Assembly: GCF_030028105.1 (NCBI RefSeq)
Contig: NC_092382.1
Location: 100,704,699-100,768,698, forward strand
DNA: 64,000 nt
Origin: Mobula birostris
Lineage: Eukaryota
Reading direction: 5' to 3'
The notes below the pieces were generated by a model. It saw only the letters and a list, made by a program, of their open reading frames with translations. It searched no databases and was not told the origin of the DNA. The stretch's first letter is position 1, and every line of letters starts with the position of its first letter. Position numbers and translations under genes: made by a program. Of this stretch, positions 41,400 to 53,389 are shown in pieces.

Positions 41400-44270
41400 C
41401 AGGGACCCTGGGGAGTGTTGTAGAACAGTGGGACCCAGCGGTGCAGGGACACGGTTCCCTGAAAGTGGAGTCAGAGGCAGACAGAGACCCTGGCGAGTGT
41501 TGTAGAACAGAGGGACCCCGGGGGGTGTTGTAGAACAGAGGGGCCCAGCGGTGCAGGGACACGGTTCCCTGAAAGTGGAGTCACAGGTAGACAGGGACCC
41601 TGGGGAGTGTTGTGGAACAGGGGACCGCAGGGTTACAGGGACACGGTTTACTGACAGTGGTCAAAGGTAGACAGGGGCTGTGGGGAGTGTTGTAGAACAG
41701 AGGGACCCAGGGGTACAGGTACACGGTTACCTGAAAGAGTCACGGGTAGACAGGGACCCCGGGGAGAGTTATAGAACAGAGGGACCCAGGGGTACAGGGA
41801 CACGGTTCCCTGAAAGTGGAGTCACAGCTAGACAGGGACCCTGGGGAGTGTTGTGGAACAGAGGACCGCAGGGTTACAGGGACACGGTTTCCTGACAGTG
41901 GTCAAAGGTAGACAGGGCCTGTGGGGAGTGTTGTACAACAGAGGGACCCAGGGGTACAGGTACACGGTTACCTGAAAGAGTCACGGGTAGACAGGGATCC
42001 CGGGGAGAGTTATAGAACAGAGGGACCCAGGGGTACAGGGACACGGTTCCCTGAAAGTGGAGTCACCAGTAGACGGGGACCTGGGGGAGTGTTGTAGAAC
42101 AGAGGGACCCAGGGGTACCGGAACGCGGTTCCCTGACAGTGGTCAAAGGTAGACAGGGCTCCTGGGAAGTGTTGTAGAACAGAGGGATCCAGGGGTGCAG
42201 GGACACGGTCCCCTGAAAGTGGTGTCACAGGTAGACAGGGACTCTGGGGAGTGTTGTAGAACAGAGGGACACAGGGGTACAGGTACACGGTTACTGAAAG
42301 AGTCACGGGTAGACAGGGCCCCGGGGAGTGTTACAGAACAGAGGGACCCAGGGGTACAGGCACACGGTTCCCTGAAAGTGGAGTCACAGGTAGACGGGGA
42401 CCCCGGGGAGTGTTGTAGAACAGGGGGACCCAGGGGTGCAGGGAGACGGTTCTCTGAAAGTGGAGTCACGGGTAGACGGGGACCCTGGAGAGTGTTGTAG
42501 AACAGAGGGACCCAGGGGTGCAGGGACACGGTCCCCTGAAAGTGGTGTCACAGGTAGACGGGGTCCTTGGGGATGCTGTGGAACAGCAGGACCCAGGGGT
42601 ACAGGGACACGGTTTCCTGACAGTGGTCAAAGGTAGACAGGGGCTATGGGGAGTGTTGTAGAACAGAGGGACCCAGGGGTACAGGTACACGGTTACCTGA
42701 AAGAGTCACGGGTAGACAGGGACCCTGGGGAGAGTTACAGAACAGAGGGACCCAGGGGTAGAGGGACACGGGTCCCTGAAAGTGGAGTCACCGGTAGACG
42801 GGGACCCTGGGGAGTGTTGTAGACCAGAGGGACCCAGGGGTACCGGGACGCCGTTCCCTGACAGTAGTCAAAGGTAGACAAAGCCCCTGGGGAGTGTTGT
42901 GGAACAGAGGGACCCAGGGGTGCAGGGACACGGTTCCCTGAAAGTGGAATCACAGGTAGACGGGGACCCCGGGGAGTGTTGTAGAAGAGAGGGACCCAGG
43001 GGTACAGGGACACGGTTCCCTGAAAGTGGTGTCACGGGTAGACGGGGCCCCTGGGGAGTGTTGTAGAACAGAGGGACCCAGGGGTGCAGGGACACGGTTC
43101 CGCGAAAGTGGTGTCACGGGTAGACAGGGACCCTGGGGAGCGCTGTGGAACAGTGGCATATGGGGTTACAGGGACACGGTTTCCTGACAGTGGAGTCACA
43201 GGTAGACGGGAACCTTGGGGAGTGTTGTAGAACAGAGGGAACCAGAGGTATAGGGGCACGGTTCCCTGAAATGTGAGTCACAGGTAGACGGGGACCCCGG
43301 GGATTGTTGTAGAACAGGGGGACCCAGGGGTGCAGGGAGACGGTTCCCTGAATGTGGAGTCACGGGTAAACGGGGACCCTGGGGAGTGTTGTAGAACAGA
43401 GGAACCCACGGGTACGGGGACACGGTTCCCTGAAAGTGATGTCACAGGTAGACTGGGACCCTGGAGAGTGTTGTAGAACAGAGGGACCCAGGGGTGCAGG
43501 GACACGGTCCCCTGAAAGTGGTGTCACAGCTAGACGGGGTCCCTGGGGATGCTGTGGAACAGCGGGACCCTGGGGTACAGGGACACGGTTTCCTGACAGT
43601 GGTCAAAGGTAGATAGGGCCTGTGGGGAGTGTTGTAGAACAGAGGGACCCAGGGGTACAGGTACAAGGTTCCCTGAAAGTGAGTCACAGTAGACTGGGAT
43701 CCCGGAGAGTGTTGTAGAACAGAGAGAGACAGGGGTACAGGGAGACATTTCCCTGAAAGTGAAGTCACAGGTCGACAGGGACCCTGGGGAGTGTGGTGGA
43801 ACAGAGAGTCCCAGGGGTATAGAAACACAGTTACCTGAAAGTGGAGTCACAGGTACACAGGGACCCTGGAGAGTGTTGTAGAACAGAGGGACCCAGGGGT
43901 ACAGGGACACTTTTCCCTGAAAGTGGAGTCACGGGTAGACAGGGTCCTGGGGAGTGTTGTAGGATAGAGGGACCCAGGGGTACGGGGAGACAGTTCCCTG
44001 AAAGTGAAGTCACAGGTCGACAGGGACCCTGGGAAGTGTGGTGAAACAGAGAGTCCCAGGGGTATAGAAACACAGTTCCCTGAAAGTGGAGTCACAGGTA
44101 CACAGGGACCCTGGGAAGTGTTGTAGAACAGAGGGACCCAGGGGTACAGGGACACTTTTCCCTGTAAGTGGAGTCACGGGCATACAGGGACCCTGGGGAG
44201 TGCTGTAGGACAGAGGGACCCAGGGGTACAGGGACACGGTGCCCTGAAAGTGGAGTCACAGGTAGACAGG
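41400..44270 (+). repeat. CR1-derived 82-bp minisatellite, about 35 units, expanded inside a CR1 fragment
   Basis: Unit AGGGACCCTGGGGAGTGTTGTAGAACAGAGGGACCCAGGGGTACAGGGACACGGTTCCCTGAAAGTGGAGTCACAGGTAGAC encodes LGSVVEQRDPGVQVHGSLKVESQVDR of CR1 RT. Parent CR1 flanks persist on both sides (FGKTNQ... before; DRTVKKAFDT after). Confidence 0.93.
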
Positions 44271-44339
44271 ACGGTGAAGAAGGCGTTTGACACGTATGAA
44301 CAGCTGGTGCAGAACACAATTCCTGGTTAGTCAGGCAGT

Positions 44340-44520
44340 CGGGGATCTATTCAATTCGTTGCCGTGGCTATATTTAAGACAAGATTGGTAGATTCTTGAA
44401 TGGATACGAGGAGAACCCAAGAGATGGAAGCTGAGAGAGAAAATGGATCAGCCACGATAACATGGCGGAGCAGGCTCGATGGGATAATTCTGTTCCGATT
44501 TCTTATGGGCTTATGGCTAT
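44340..44520 (+). mobile_element. CR1 3' end/UTR fragment
   Basis: ggctatatttaagacaagattggtagattcttg ... gatcagccacg ... atggcggagcaggctcga; the same tail recurs at other CR1 copies in this window. Confidence 0.65.
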
Positions 44521-45038
44521 GCGACTCCTGACGCCGGGCAGCCAGTCACTGCAGAGTATTGATAATGGGAGGTGAGAGGGGGGAAAACTTTCTTATAAAG
44601 ACACTGCCCCGAGGAGGGCCACTTCTGTCGATAAAATTGCCAAGGAGGACCATGGTCCTGGGAAGACCATGATGGCCCAACCTCATATGACACGGAGCGG
44701 AATGATGATGTCATACGTCACAGCACGTAACGATGACGTCACACGACACGGCGCATAATGTGTTGGAAAGACAGGGCTGAGCTTGGAAGGGCGCAGAGGG
44801 AGATTTACCAGGATCTTTCCGGGATTGGAGAGGTTGATCGGGATCAATATAGAACACAGAACGGAAAGCACATTGCAGGCGTTTTGGATGTGTGGATCTC
44901 GATTTCTAACAGCAGTAGAACGGCTTGTCTTGCTGAAGGAGATAGTGGGGGGTGGAGGGGGTCGTGTTAGACTATGAGGAGAGATAGAGTGGCCTGGGAC
45001 TGTACTCGCTGCAATTCAGATGGATGGAAGGAAATCTT

Positions 45039-45597
45039 ATAGACAATAGACAATAGGTGCAGGAGCAGGCCGTACAGCCCATCGAGCCAGCACCGCCATT
45101 CACTGTGATCATGGCTGAACATCCACAATCAGTACTCCGTTCCTGCCTTATCCCCCATAACCTTTGATTCCACTATCTTTAAGAGCTCTATCCATCACTT
45201 TCTTGAAAGCATCCAGAGACTTGGCCTCCACTGCCTTCTGGGTCAGAGCATTCCATATATCCACCACTCTCTGGGCGGAAAAGTTTTTCCTCAGCTCCGT
45301 TCTAAGTGGCCTACCCCTTATTCTTAAACCGTGGCCTCTGGTTCTGGACTCAGCCATCAGCGGGAACATGCTTCCTGCCTCTAGCGTGTCCAATCCCTTA
45401 ATAATCTTATATGTTTCAGTAAGATCTCCTCTCAGCCTTCTAAATTCCAGTGTATACAAGCCCAGTCGCTCCGATCTTTCAACATATGACAGTCCCGCCA
45501 TCCCGGGAATTAACCCAGTGAACCTACGCTGCACTCCCTCAATAGCAAGAATGTCCTTCCTCAAATTTGGAGACCAAAACTGCACACAGTACTCCTC
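45039..45597 (-). mobile_element. CR1 LINE 3' fragment with tail
   Basis: YCVQFWSPNLRKDILAIEGVQRRFTGLIPGMAGLSYVERSERLGLYTLEFRRLRGDL...SRTRGHGLRIRG...QRVVDIWN, followed by a (ctattgt)n tail. Confidence 0.92.
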
Positions 45598-45615
45598 GTG
45601 GAAACATATTAAATT

Positions 45616-45975
45616 ATGACATGGATAGATGAGATAAAGGCAGAAACGTTGTTTCCACAGGTAGGTGAGACTAGAACTAGGGGACATAGCCTCAAGATTC
45701 GGGCGAGTAGATTGAGGACGGAGATGAGGAAGATCTGCTTTTCCCAGAGGGTGGTGAATCTGTGCAATTCTCTGCCCCATGAAGCAGCGGAGGCTACCTC
45801 AGTAAATATATTTAAGGCAAGGTTGGGTAGATTTTCGCATGGCGGGGGAATTAAGGGTGACGGGGGAAAGGCAGGTAGGTGGAGATGAGTCCATGGTCAG
45901 ATCAGCCGTGACCTTATTGGATGGCGGAGCAGGCTCGACGGGCCGGGTGGCCGACTCCTGTCCCTATTTATGTTT
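45616..45975 (+). mobile_element. CR1 LINE 3' fragment
   Basis: ETLFPQVGETRTRGHSLKIR...FSQRVVNLCNSLP plus the 3' UTR tail. Confidence 0.85.
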
Positions 45976-46354
45976 GTTTGGACTCTCTCAGCAGAGGACA
46001 AGGTCCCATGGAATAAAGAGAAGGATGGTGGTAGGTGTTGGAGTCGTCTTTTCCTCTCCTGATAGTGTTGGACCCCCGTACCCTCGGGGATAAATATTCC
46101 GAGCACTAAGCACACTGATGCCCCATGAGATTTTCTAAATGTAACTGAATTCACCCACTGGGCCTCCTTCCTGCCGAGGAAGAGTTTACCAGCTCAGTAG
46201 CACTGTTGTTCACCCGGAGAGTTAACGCCCATCCCTTCTGAACAAACCGAGTGTTTCGCAGGCATTATGCCCCCGGGGGTAGAGTTTGCAGGCGGTTGGG
46301 AAGTGGGCGAAGTACAGCGATCATGCTGACGGAGAGAGAGTGGGGTGGGGGGCA

Positions 46355-46355
46355 C

Positions 46356-46397
<42 letters not shown>

Positions 46398-46985
46398 TAC
46401 GAAAGTGAGAGAGGTGTGAGGAAAAAGGAGAGATGAGAGTGTGGGGAGAGAGTGAGAGAGAGAGAGGGAGGGAGAGAAAAAGAAGAAAGATGGAGAGAAG
46501 AGAGTGTGAGCGCAGAGGAGAAAGGGAGGGCGAACTGGAGAGGGAGAGCGAAAGAGTGAGAGTAGAGTTGGAGAGAAAGAGGGCAGGACGTGGAGACATA
46601 ATGGTCGTGCGAGAGGGAGAGAGAGAGAGAAGGGGAGAGGAGGGAGGTGTGAGTGAAAAGGAGAGACGAGAGAGTAGGGAAAGAGTGAGAGAGAGAGAGG
46701 TAGAGAGAGAAAAAGGAGAGACGGAGAGAAAGAGTGGGAGTGCGGAGGAGAGAGAGCTAGAGAGGGAGAAGGAAAAGGAGAAAGATGGAGAGAAGAGAGT
46801 GTGAGCGCACAGGAGAAAGAGAGAGCGAACTGGAGAGGGAGAGGGAAAGAGTGAGAGTAGAGTTGGAGAGAAAGAGGGCAAAACGTAGAGATAGAATGGT
46901 AGTGCGAGAGAGAGAGAAAGAGAGAGAGAGAGGGTGTGTGTGAGAGAGTGACAGAGCGAGAGAGAGAGAGAGAGAGAGTGACAGT
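46355..46985 (+). repeat. Purine-rich (GA)n low-complexity tract with an internal duplication of about 130 bp
   Basis: Almost pure A/G on the plus strand; the aaagatggagagaagagagtgtgagcgca block occurs at about 46486 and 46781. Confidence 0.85.
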
Positions 46986-47464
46986 GAACTGAAATCTAGA
47001 GCAAATGCAATCTGCTTGAAGCCCATAGCAGATCGAGCAGGCGTCGTGGGGGGAACGGGGTATCGGAGATGATGGAGAATGTGTGTGTGTGTGTGTGTGT
47101 GTGTGTCTTTCCTGTGAACGGATGCATCTGGGTGTGTGTGGGTGAGCGAGACTCTCGCTGTGCCTTTTGCGGAAACGAGTCGCTGTTCCCACTTCCCTTC
47201 CCCCCACCTCTCTGTGAAAGGCACTTTCTGCATGCGTCTGTGAGAGAGGCTCTTGTTGAAAGCGAATATTTCCTGTTTATGTGTGTGTGTGTGAGGGGGA
47301 GGGGAGAGAGAGAGAGAGACAGAGTGAGATAAGTACCTTCCTCTCCTCTCTCTGTATGTATGTGTGAAAGAGAGACTCCCTCTATGTATCTGTGCGTGCG
47401 TGTGTGTGTGTGTGTGTGTGTGTTTGTGTGTGTTTATCACACTCTCCCTTCACCCTCTCTGAGT

Positions 47465-47945
47465 GAAGCGAGCTGCACTTGGAGTATCATGAGCAATTCT
47501 GGGCCCCTTATCTCAGAAAGGACGTGCTGGCTTTGGAGAGGGCAAAGAGGAGGGTCACGAGAAAGATTCCGGGAACGAAAGGGTTAACGTTTGTCGCGAA
47601 CGTGACAGTTCTGGGCCTGTACTCGCTGGGGTTTGGTAGATTGGAGGTGGAGGGTGGCGGGGTCTTATTGAAAACGACGGAATATTTAATTTTTACTATT
47701 TTTAATATTTATTATTTGTAATCCAGGTAGTGGGAAGCACAGAATCAAATATAGCTGTGATGATTGTACGTTCTAGTATCAATTGTTTGGCAACAATAAA
47801 GTATAAAGTATATTGTGTGGCCTGGACAGAGAGGATATGGAGAGGATATTTCCTATGATGGGAATGTCTAGGTCCAAAGGGCACCGCCTGAGAATAGAGG
47901 GACGTCCCTTTAGAACAGGGATGAGGAGGAATTTCTTTAGGCACC
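47465..47945 (+). mobile_element. CR1 fragments, including a single-copy homologue of the 61-bp satellite unit (47825-47884)
   Basis: YHEQFWAPYLRKDVLALERAKRRVTRKIPG, and gacagagaggatatggagaggatatttcctatgatgggaatgtctaggtccaaagggcac. Confidence 0.8.
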
Positions 47946-49196
47946 AGAACATAAGACCATAAGGCATAGGAACGGAATACGGCCATTTGGCCCATCCAGT
48001 CTGTTCCGCCATTCAGTCATGGCTGACCCTTTTTTCCCCCCTATCTCCTCCTCAACCCCAGTTCCCGGCCTTCGCCCCGTAACTTTTGATGCCACGTCCA
48101 GTCAAGAACCTACCAATCTCTGCTTTAAGCTGCCACAAATTCCACAAGTTCACCACCCCTTGGCGAAAGAAATTTCTCCGCATCTCTGTTTTGAAATGGC
48201 GCCCCTCTGTCCTGAGGCTGTGCCCTCTTGTCCTAGACTCCCCCACCACTGGAAACGTCCTTTCCACATCTACTCTGTCTAGGCCTTTCAACTTTGGAAA
48301 GATTTCAATGAGATCCCCCCCTCATCCTTCTGAATTCCAGCGAGTACAGACCCAGAGCCGTCAAACATTCCTTGTATGATAACCCTTTCATCCCCGGAAT
48401 CATCCTTGTGAACCTCCTCTGGACCCGCTCCAATGCCAGAAGATCTTTTCTAAGATGAGGGGACCAAAACTGTTCACAGCGTCAAGGTGAGGCCTCACCA
48501 GTTCTTTGTAAAGCCTCAGCTTTTGTATTCTGGACCTCATGAAATGAATGCCAACATTGCATTTGCCTTCCTCACCACCGACTCAGCCTGCAAGTTATCC
48601 TTTCGGGTGTTCTGCACAAGGACTCCCAAGTCCCCTTGCATCTCCGATTTTTGGATTTTCTTCTCGTTTAGAAAATAGTCCGCAGATTTATTTCTACTAC
48701 CAAAAATGCATGACCATTTGCCACTTTTTGCCTATTCTCCTAATCTCTAAGTCCTTGTGCATCCTACCGGTTCCCTCAGCACTACCTGCCCCTCCACCAA
48801 TCTTCTTCTCATCCACAAACATGGCAACAAAGGCCTCTTTTCCATCACCTAAATCATTTATATACAGCATCAAAACAAGTGGCCCCAACACCGACCCCTG
48901 CGGAACACCACCAGCGACTGGCATCCAACCAGAGAAGGATCTTTTTATTCCCAGTCGCTGCCACCTACCAGTCAGCCAATGCTCTAACCATGCCAGTAAC
49001 TTTTGCTTCTCGCTTAACTTGGTAAGCAGTCTCATGTGTGGCACCTTGTCAAAGGCCTTCTGAAGGTCCATATATACAGCACCCACTCCATCCCCTTTAT
49101 CTATCCTGCTTGTAATCAACTCAAAGAATTCCAACAGGCTCGTCAGGCACGATTTTCCCTCAAGGAAACAATGCTGACTCTGTGATATCCTGTCTT

Positions 49197-49509
49197 ATAG
49201 GCATCCACTAGGCTCATGAGATCATGGATTTGCGCCTTGGAAGGTTTCCAGGGTGCAGGTCTGGGCAAGGTTGTATGGGAGACCGGCAGTTGCCCATCCG
49301 GAGTTGCAAGTCTCCCCTCTCCACGCCACCGATGTTGTCCAAAGGAAGGGCAATAGGGCCGATTCAGCTTTGTACCGGTGTTGTCGCAGAGCAATGTGTG
49401 GTTAAGTGCCTTGCTCAAGGACATAAACGCGCTGCCTCAGCTGAGAGTCGAACTAGCGACCTTCAGATCACCAGACCAACGCCTGAACCACTTGGCCACG
49501 CGCCAACGC
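49197..49509 (-). mobile_element. tRNA-derived SINE (V-SINE-like core) with an 11-bp target-site duplication
   Basis: Minus strand has A box TGGCCAAGTGG, B box GTTCGACTC and a core tgtccttgagcaaggcacttaacc. TSD TATCCTGTCTT at 49186-49196 and 49510-49520. Confidence 0.88.
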
Positions 49510-50189
49510 TATCCTGTCTTGCGTCACCAAGTACTCCATCACCTCATCCTTAGCAATTGATTCTAGTATCTTCCCAACCACTGACTGATCTATAATTTCC
49601 TTTCTGCTGCCTTCCTCCTTTCTTAAAGAGTGGAGCGACGTTTGTAATTTTCCCGTCCTCTGGCACCATGCCAGAGTCCAACGATTTTTGAAAGATCATT
49701 TCTAGTGCCACCACAATCTCTAACGCTACCTCTTTCAGACCCCGAGGGTGAAGTTGCTCTGGTCCGGGTGACTTATGCTCCTTCAGGTCTTTCAGCTTTT
49801 TGAGCACCTTCTCCCTTGTAACAGTAACTGCACCCACTTCTCTTCCTTCACACACTACAACACCAGGCATACTGCTAGCGTCTTCCACAGTGAAGACTGA
49901 TGCAAAATACACATTTAGTTCTGTCCCCGTTATTATTTCTCCTGCCTCATTTTCTAGCGGTCCTATATCCAGTATCATTTCTCTTTTATTTTTAATATAC
50001 TTGAAAAAACTTTTGCTATCCACTTTGATATTATTTGCTAGCTTGCTTTCATATTTCATCTTTTTCCCTTCTAATAATTTTTTTAGTGGCTCTCTGTAGG
50101 TTTAAAAAGAATTCCCAATCCTCTATCTTCCCACTAACTTTTGCTTTCGAGTATGTCCTCTCTTTCTCTTTTACAATAGCTTTGATTTC

Positions 50190-50657
50190 ATATGGCAGGA
50201 GTTTCATATGATGAAAGACTAGATCGACTAGGCTTGTACTCTCTGGAATTTAGAAGATTGAGGGGGGATCTGATTGAAACGTATAAAGTTCTAAAGGGAT
50301 TGGACAGGCTAGGTGCAAGAAGATTGTTCCCGATGTTGGGGAAGTCCAGAACGAGGGGTCACAGTTTGAGGATAAAGGGGAAGCCTTTTAGGACCGAGAC
50401 GAGGAAAAACTTCTTCACACAGAGAGTGGTGAATCTGTGGAATTCTCTGCCACAGGAAACAGTTGAGGCCAGTTCATTGGCTATATTTAAGAGGGAGTTA
50501 GATATGACCCTTGTGCCTAAGGGGATAAGGGGGTATGGAGAGAAGGCTGGGGCAGGTTTCTGAGTTGGATGATCAGCCATGATCATACTGAATGGCGGTG
50601 CAGGCTGGAAGGGCCGAATGGCCTACTCCTACACCTATTTTCTATGTTTCTATGTCA
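50190..50657 (+). mobile_element. Young CR1 3' fragment inserted into the older CR1
   Basis: Intact frame MAGVSYDERLDRLGLYSLEFRRLRGDLIETYKVLKGLDRL...SRTRGHSLRIKG...QRVVNLWNSLP, with a (tttctatg)n tail. Confidence 0.92.
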
Positions 50658-51074
50658 GTCACGGTTGTACTATTTTATCATTTGAGTATTCCTTCATTTT
50701 TGGAATACTTCTGTCCTATACCTTGCTCATTATTCCCAGAAACGCAAGCCATTCCTGCTCTGCTGACATCCCTGCCAGCAGCTCCTTCCAATTTACTTTG
50801 GCCAACTCCTGTCTCATACCACTGTAATTTACTTTACTCCACTAAAATACTGCTACATTGGACTTTACTTTCTCCCCACCAAATTTCAAGTTGAACACAA
50901 TCATAATGTGATCACTGGCTCGTAAGGATTCTTTCACCTTAAGCTCCCTAGTCGCCTCTGGGTTCCTGACTTAACACGCAACCTAGTGCAAGCTGATCTT
51001 CTAGTAGGCTCAACGGCAAACTGCTCTAAAAAGTCGTCTCTTCGGCATTCAACAAAGTCGCTCTCTTCAGCCAG

Positions 51075-51300
51075 AGGGCGGGCGATTGTGTGGAGTCCTT
51101 TGCAACAGGCGGCTGCGGAGGCCAAATCATTGGGTGCTTTTGAAGCGGAGGTTGATAGGTTCTTGGTTAGCCAGGGGTCAAAGGTCACGGGGAGAAGGGG
51201 GTTGTGGGAGGGACAGTATATCAGCCGCGATAGAATGGCGGAGCAGGCTCGACGGGACGAATGGCCTCGTTCGGCTCCTATGGCGATCGCTGTATGGTGT
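51075..51300 (+). mobile_element. CR1 3' fragment
   Basis: AAEAKSLGAFEAEVDRFL plus the tail gaatggcggagcaggctcgacggg. Confidence 0.7.
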
Positions 51301-51372
51301 GTACGTGCGAGTGTGCCCCACTCTTCAATAAATACCACACGGGAACCGTCTTCGTTCGCAAGAAAATTCCGT

Positions 51373-51378
51373 TTTATT
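51373..51378 (-). terminator. Candidate TRBC polyadenylation signal (AATAAA)
   Basis: First canonical AATAAA found on the minus strand after the stop codon, in an AT-rich stretch. Implies a 3' UTR of about 1.5 kb; no transcript evidence. Confidence 0.3.
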
Positions 51379-52209
51379 TATCGAGTAAATAACATCTTCA
51401 GAATTGTAAAGTCAAGCAACACAGAAAATAAGAAATTGCAGGTGATTTCGAAAAGGTTGCAGTCTTCCCTACCACCCCTCCAGTCCCCAGAACGTGGGAG
51501 TCTAAAGCTCGCGTTAAGCGAGAGGGTAAATATTTACAGGGGCAATGTTTTTTTTTTCCCCACAGAGAGGGCGACGGGGATATGGAGCGAAGAGGTGGTA
51601 GAGGCGGGTCAATTGAAACGCTTAGAAGACATCTCGACAGGTACAGGCCAAACGCGGGCACATAGACTCACAGGGTAGTACAGCACATAAACAGGCTTTT
51701 CGGCCCATCTTGTCCATGCCGACCAGGCAGGCTAGCTCGATCTGCGCACATCCCCCCGCAACATCCCTCCAGTCCACGTCTCCATCCAAGTTCCTCATCA
51801 GCTGGGAGCTCGCTATGTGCTCAGGCGACTCTCCGGGCGAAGAAGTTTCCCTTAACTATTTCCACTTTCACCCTTAACCCATGACCTCGAGCCCAGCTGA
51901 GGGGGAGGAGGCCGTCTTGCATTCAGGCCCATCCTCGTGAGCTGCCTGTTACCTCCCTCTGCCGCCCCTCCTCTTTCCCTTTACCACTGTCCACCCCCTT
52001 TACACCAAGGTCTCCCTTCGCCTCCGACCGACTTCGTTCTTCTTCAACCATTTACCTCTTCCATCATTTGCAGTCCCCCTTAGCCCCGTCCACCCACCTA
52101 CACCCCCCTCACCTGGTCTCACCTATCACCTGCCCGCATCTATCACCACCTTCTTATCCTGGCCTCTGCCCCTTCCCTTCGACTCGACTCAGGCCTAAGA
52201 GGCACTTTC

Positions 52210-52360
52210 ATGACTGTGTGGCCCGCCACTCCTCATACAGACATAGAGCAATGTGTGGTTAAGTGTCTTGCTCAAGGACACAACACGCCGCCTCAGCTGG
52301 GGCTCGAACTGGCGACCTTCAGATCACTAGCCGGACGCCTTAACCACCTGGCCAGGTGCC
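52210..52360 (-). mobile_element. Partial tRNA-derived SINE (same family as 49197-49509)
   Basis: agagcaatgtgtggttaagtgtcttgctcaaggacacaacacgccgcctcagctggggctcgaactggcgaccttcagatcactag matches the other copies. Confidence 0.85.
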
Positions 52361-52832
52361 CACGTCCCTTCCCAGTCCTGGTAAAACAGGGTCTGTCGTC
52401 CGGAAGGCTGCCTGTCCATTCCCCTCTGTGGATGCTGCCCGACCTGCTGACTTCCTCCCGCATTTTTGTGCGCGATCCGTTCACCCTAATCTGTTCCCAC
52501 TCGTGATTTTGAGTATCCCTGTGATATGTTCCCCTCCCCCCCCCACCCCCCATGAGTCTGCGCTCCAGGGTCTGAAGTCCTAACCAGTTCAAATTCAGTC
52601 CCTGTGGGACCAGCTGAGATGAAGACAATATTTCCTAATGGACGGAGACCTTGGTCGGCAGGGATCTGTCGGGCCGAAAGGCCTGTATCAGCGATGCGGG
52701 ACTATACAGTCGCCCTCCCCTCCAGTGGGGGCCGGGACATTTTGAGCTTACAAATATAAGACAGACGTTTACAGTAGAGTCAGGCGTGAAAGACGACCCG
52801 ACGATGCAACGAGGTCAATCTCTCTTTCGACG

Positions 52833-52874
<42 letters not shown>

Positions 52875-52895
52875 GCTCCGATGCCAAGCGTGGTT

Positions 52896-52922
52896 TCAGT
52901 CGAACCTCTTGGCGTGTGAGGT
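52896..52922 (-). CDS. TRBC: TRBC exon 4 (cytoplasmic tail and stop)
   Basis: Pyrimidine tract, then cag|ACC TCA CAC GCC AAG AGG TTC GAC TGA = TSHAKRFD*. Phase 0 matches exon 3; short basic tail like the shark C-beta tail as recalled (TSYSKRFD). Confidence 0.88.
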   Translation of the reverse strand, partial: TSHAKRFD

Positions 52923-53389
52923 CTGGTGTATGGGGGGAGAAAGCACGGAGGGCGTTAGTTCGCGCGTCGAACACGGAACAGGCCCACGATGCCGGCGTCG
53001 AATGAATTGACCTGATTGACTCCTCATCCCTCCGGGGCTGCCCCTGGCCTCAAATGCCTCCTGTAAAGTGGAGGGGGGGGGAAGCACTCACCCCACCGGT
53101 TTCCCTGCCCCTCCTGTTACTATCTGCCCTCCCCACTTCGCCCCGTGCACCGGCTCCCTCTCCTATCAGATCCCAGCCTCGGCAGCCCCTTGTCATCCCC
53201 GCCCGTCATCCCCCCAGATTCCGTGCCTGTTCCCCCCCCCACTCCCTCCCTCACCTGCCTCTCGACCACAGCCTCCTCCCCTGGATCCCCAGCTCTGGCC
53301 CAGGCCCTTCCCAAGCCGCCTGAGTCTGGGCGGAAGGACCCTCTGCACGCCGCTCCCAAAAGGTCGGATCAACCTCGCTCGAGCCTAAC

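Larger units (their letters stand above)
47950..51050 (-). mobile_element. 5'-truncated decayed CR1 LINE (RT core) with nested SINE and CR1 insertions
   Basis: ORF pieces KSPGPEQLHPRGLKE...IFQKSLDSGMVPEDGKITNVAPLFKKG...NYRSVS and VYMDLQKAFDKVPH...GVPQGSVLGPLVLMLYINDL...FVDEKKIGG; frameshifted; tail near 47950. Confidence 0.92.

Noticed and set aside
44700-44760. CRE TGACGTCA and a V-beta-decamer-like GATGATGTCA
   Set aside because: Lie in a triplicated 28-bp repeat tail and are followed by CR1, not by a leader and V exon.
44920-44970. Trypsin-like GDSGG and IVGG motifs in two frames (trypsinogens neighbour TRB in tetrapods)
   Set aside because: Both come from one G-rich stretch within a decayed CR1; no His/Asp motifs or exon structure.
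46194-47440. 337, 227 and 186-aa Ser/Leu-rich ORFs
   Set aside because: Translations of GA/GT low-complexity tracts.
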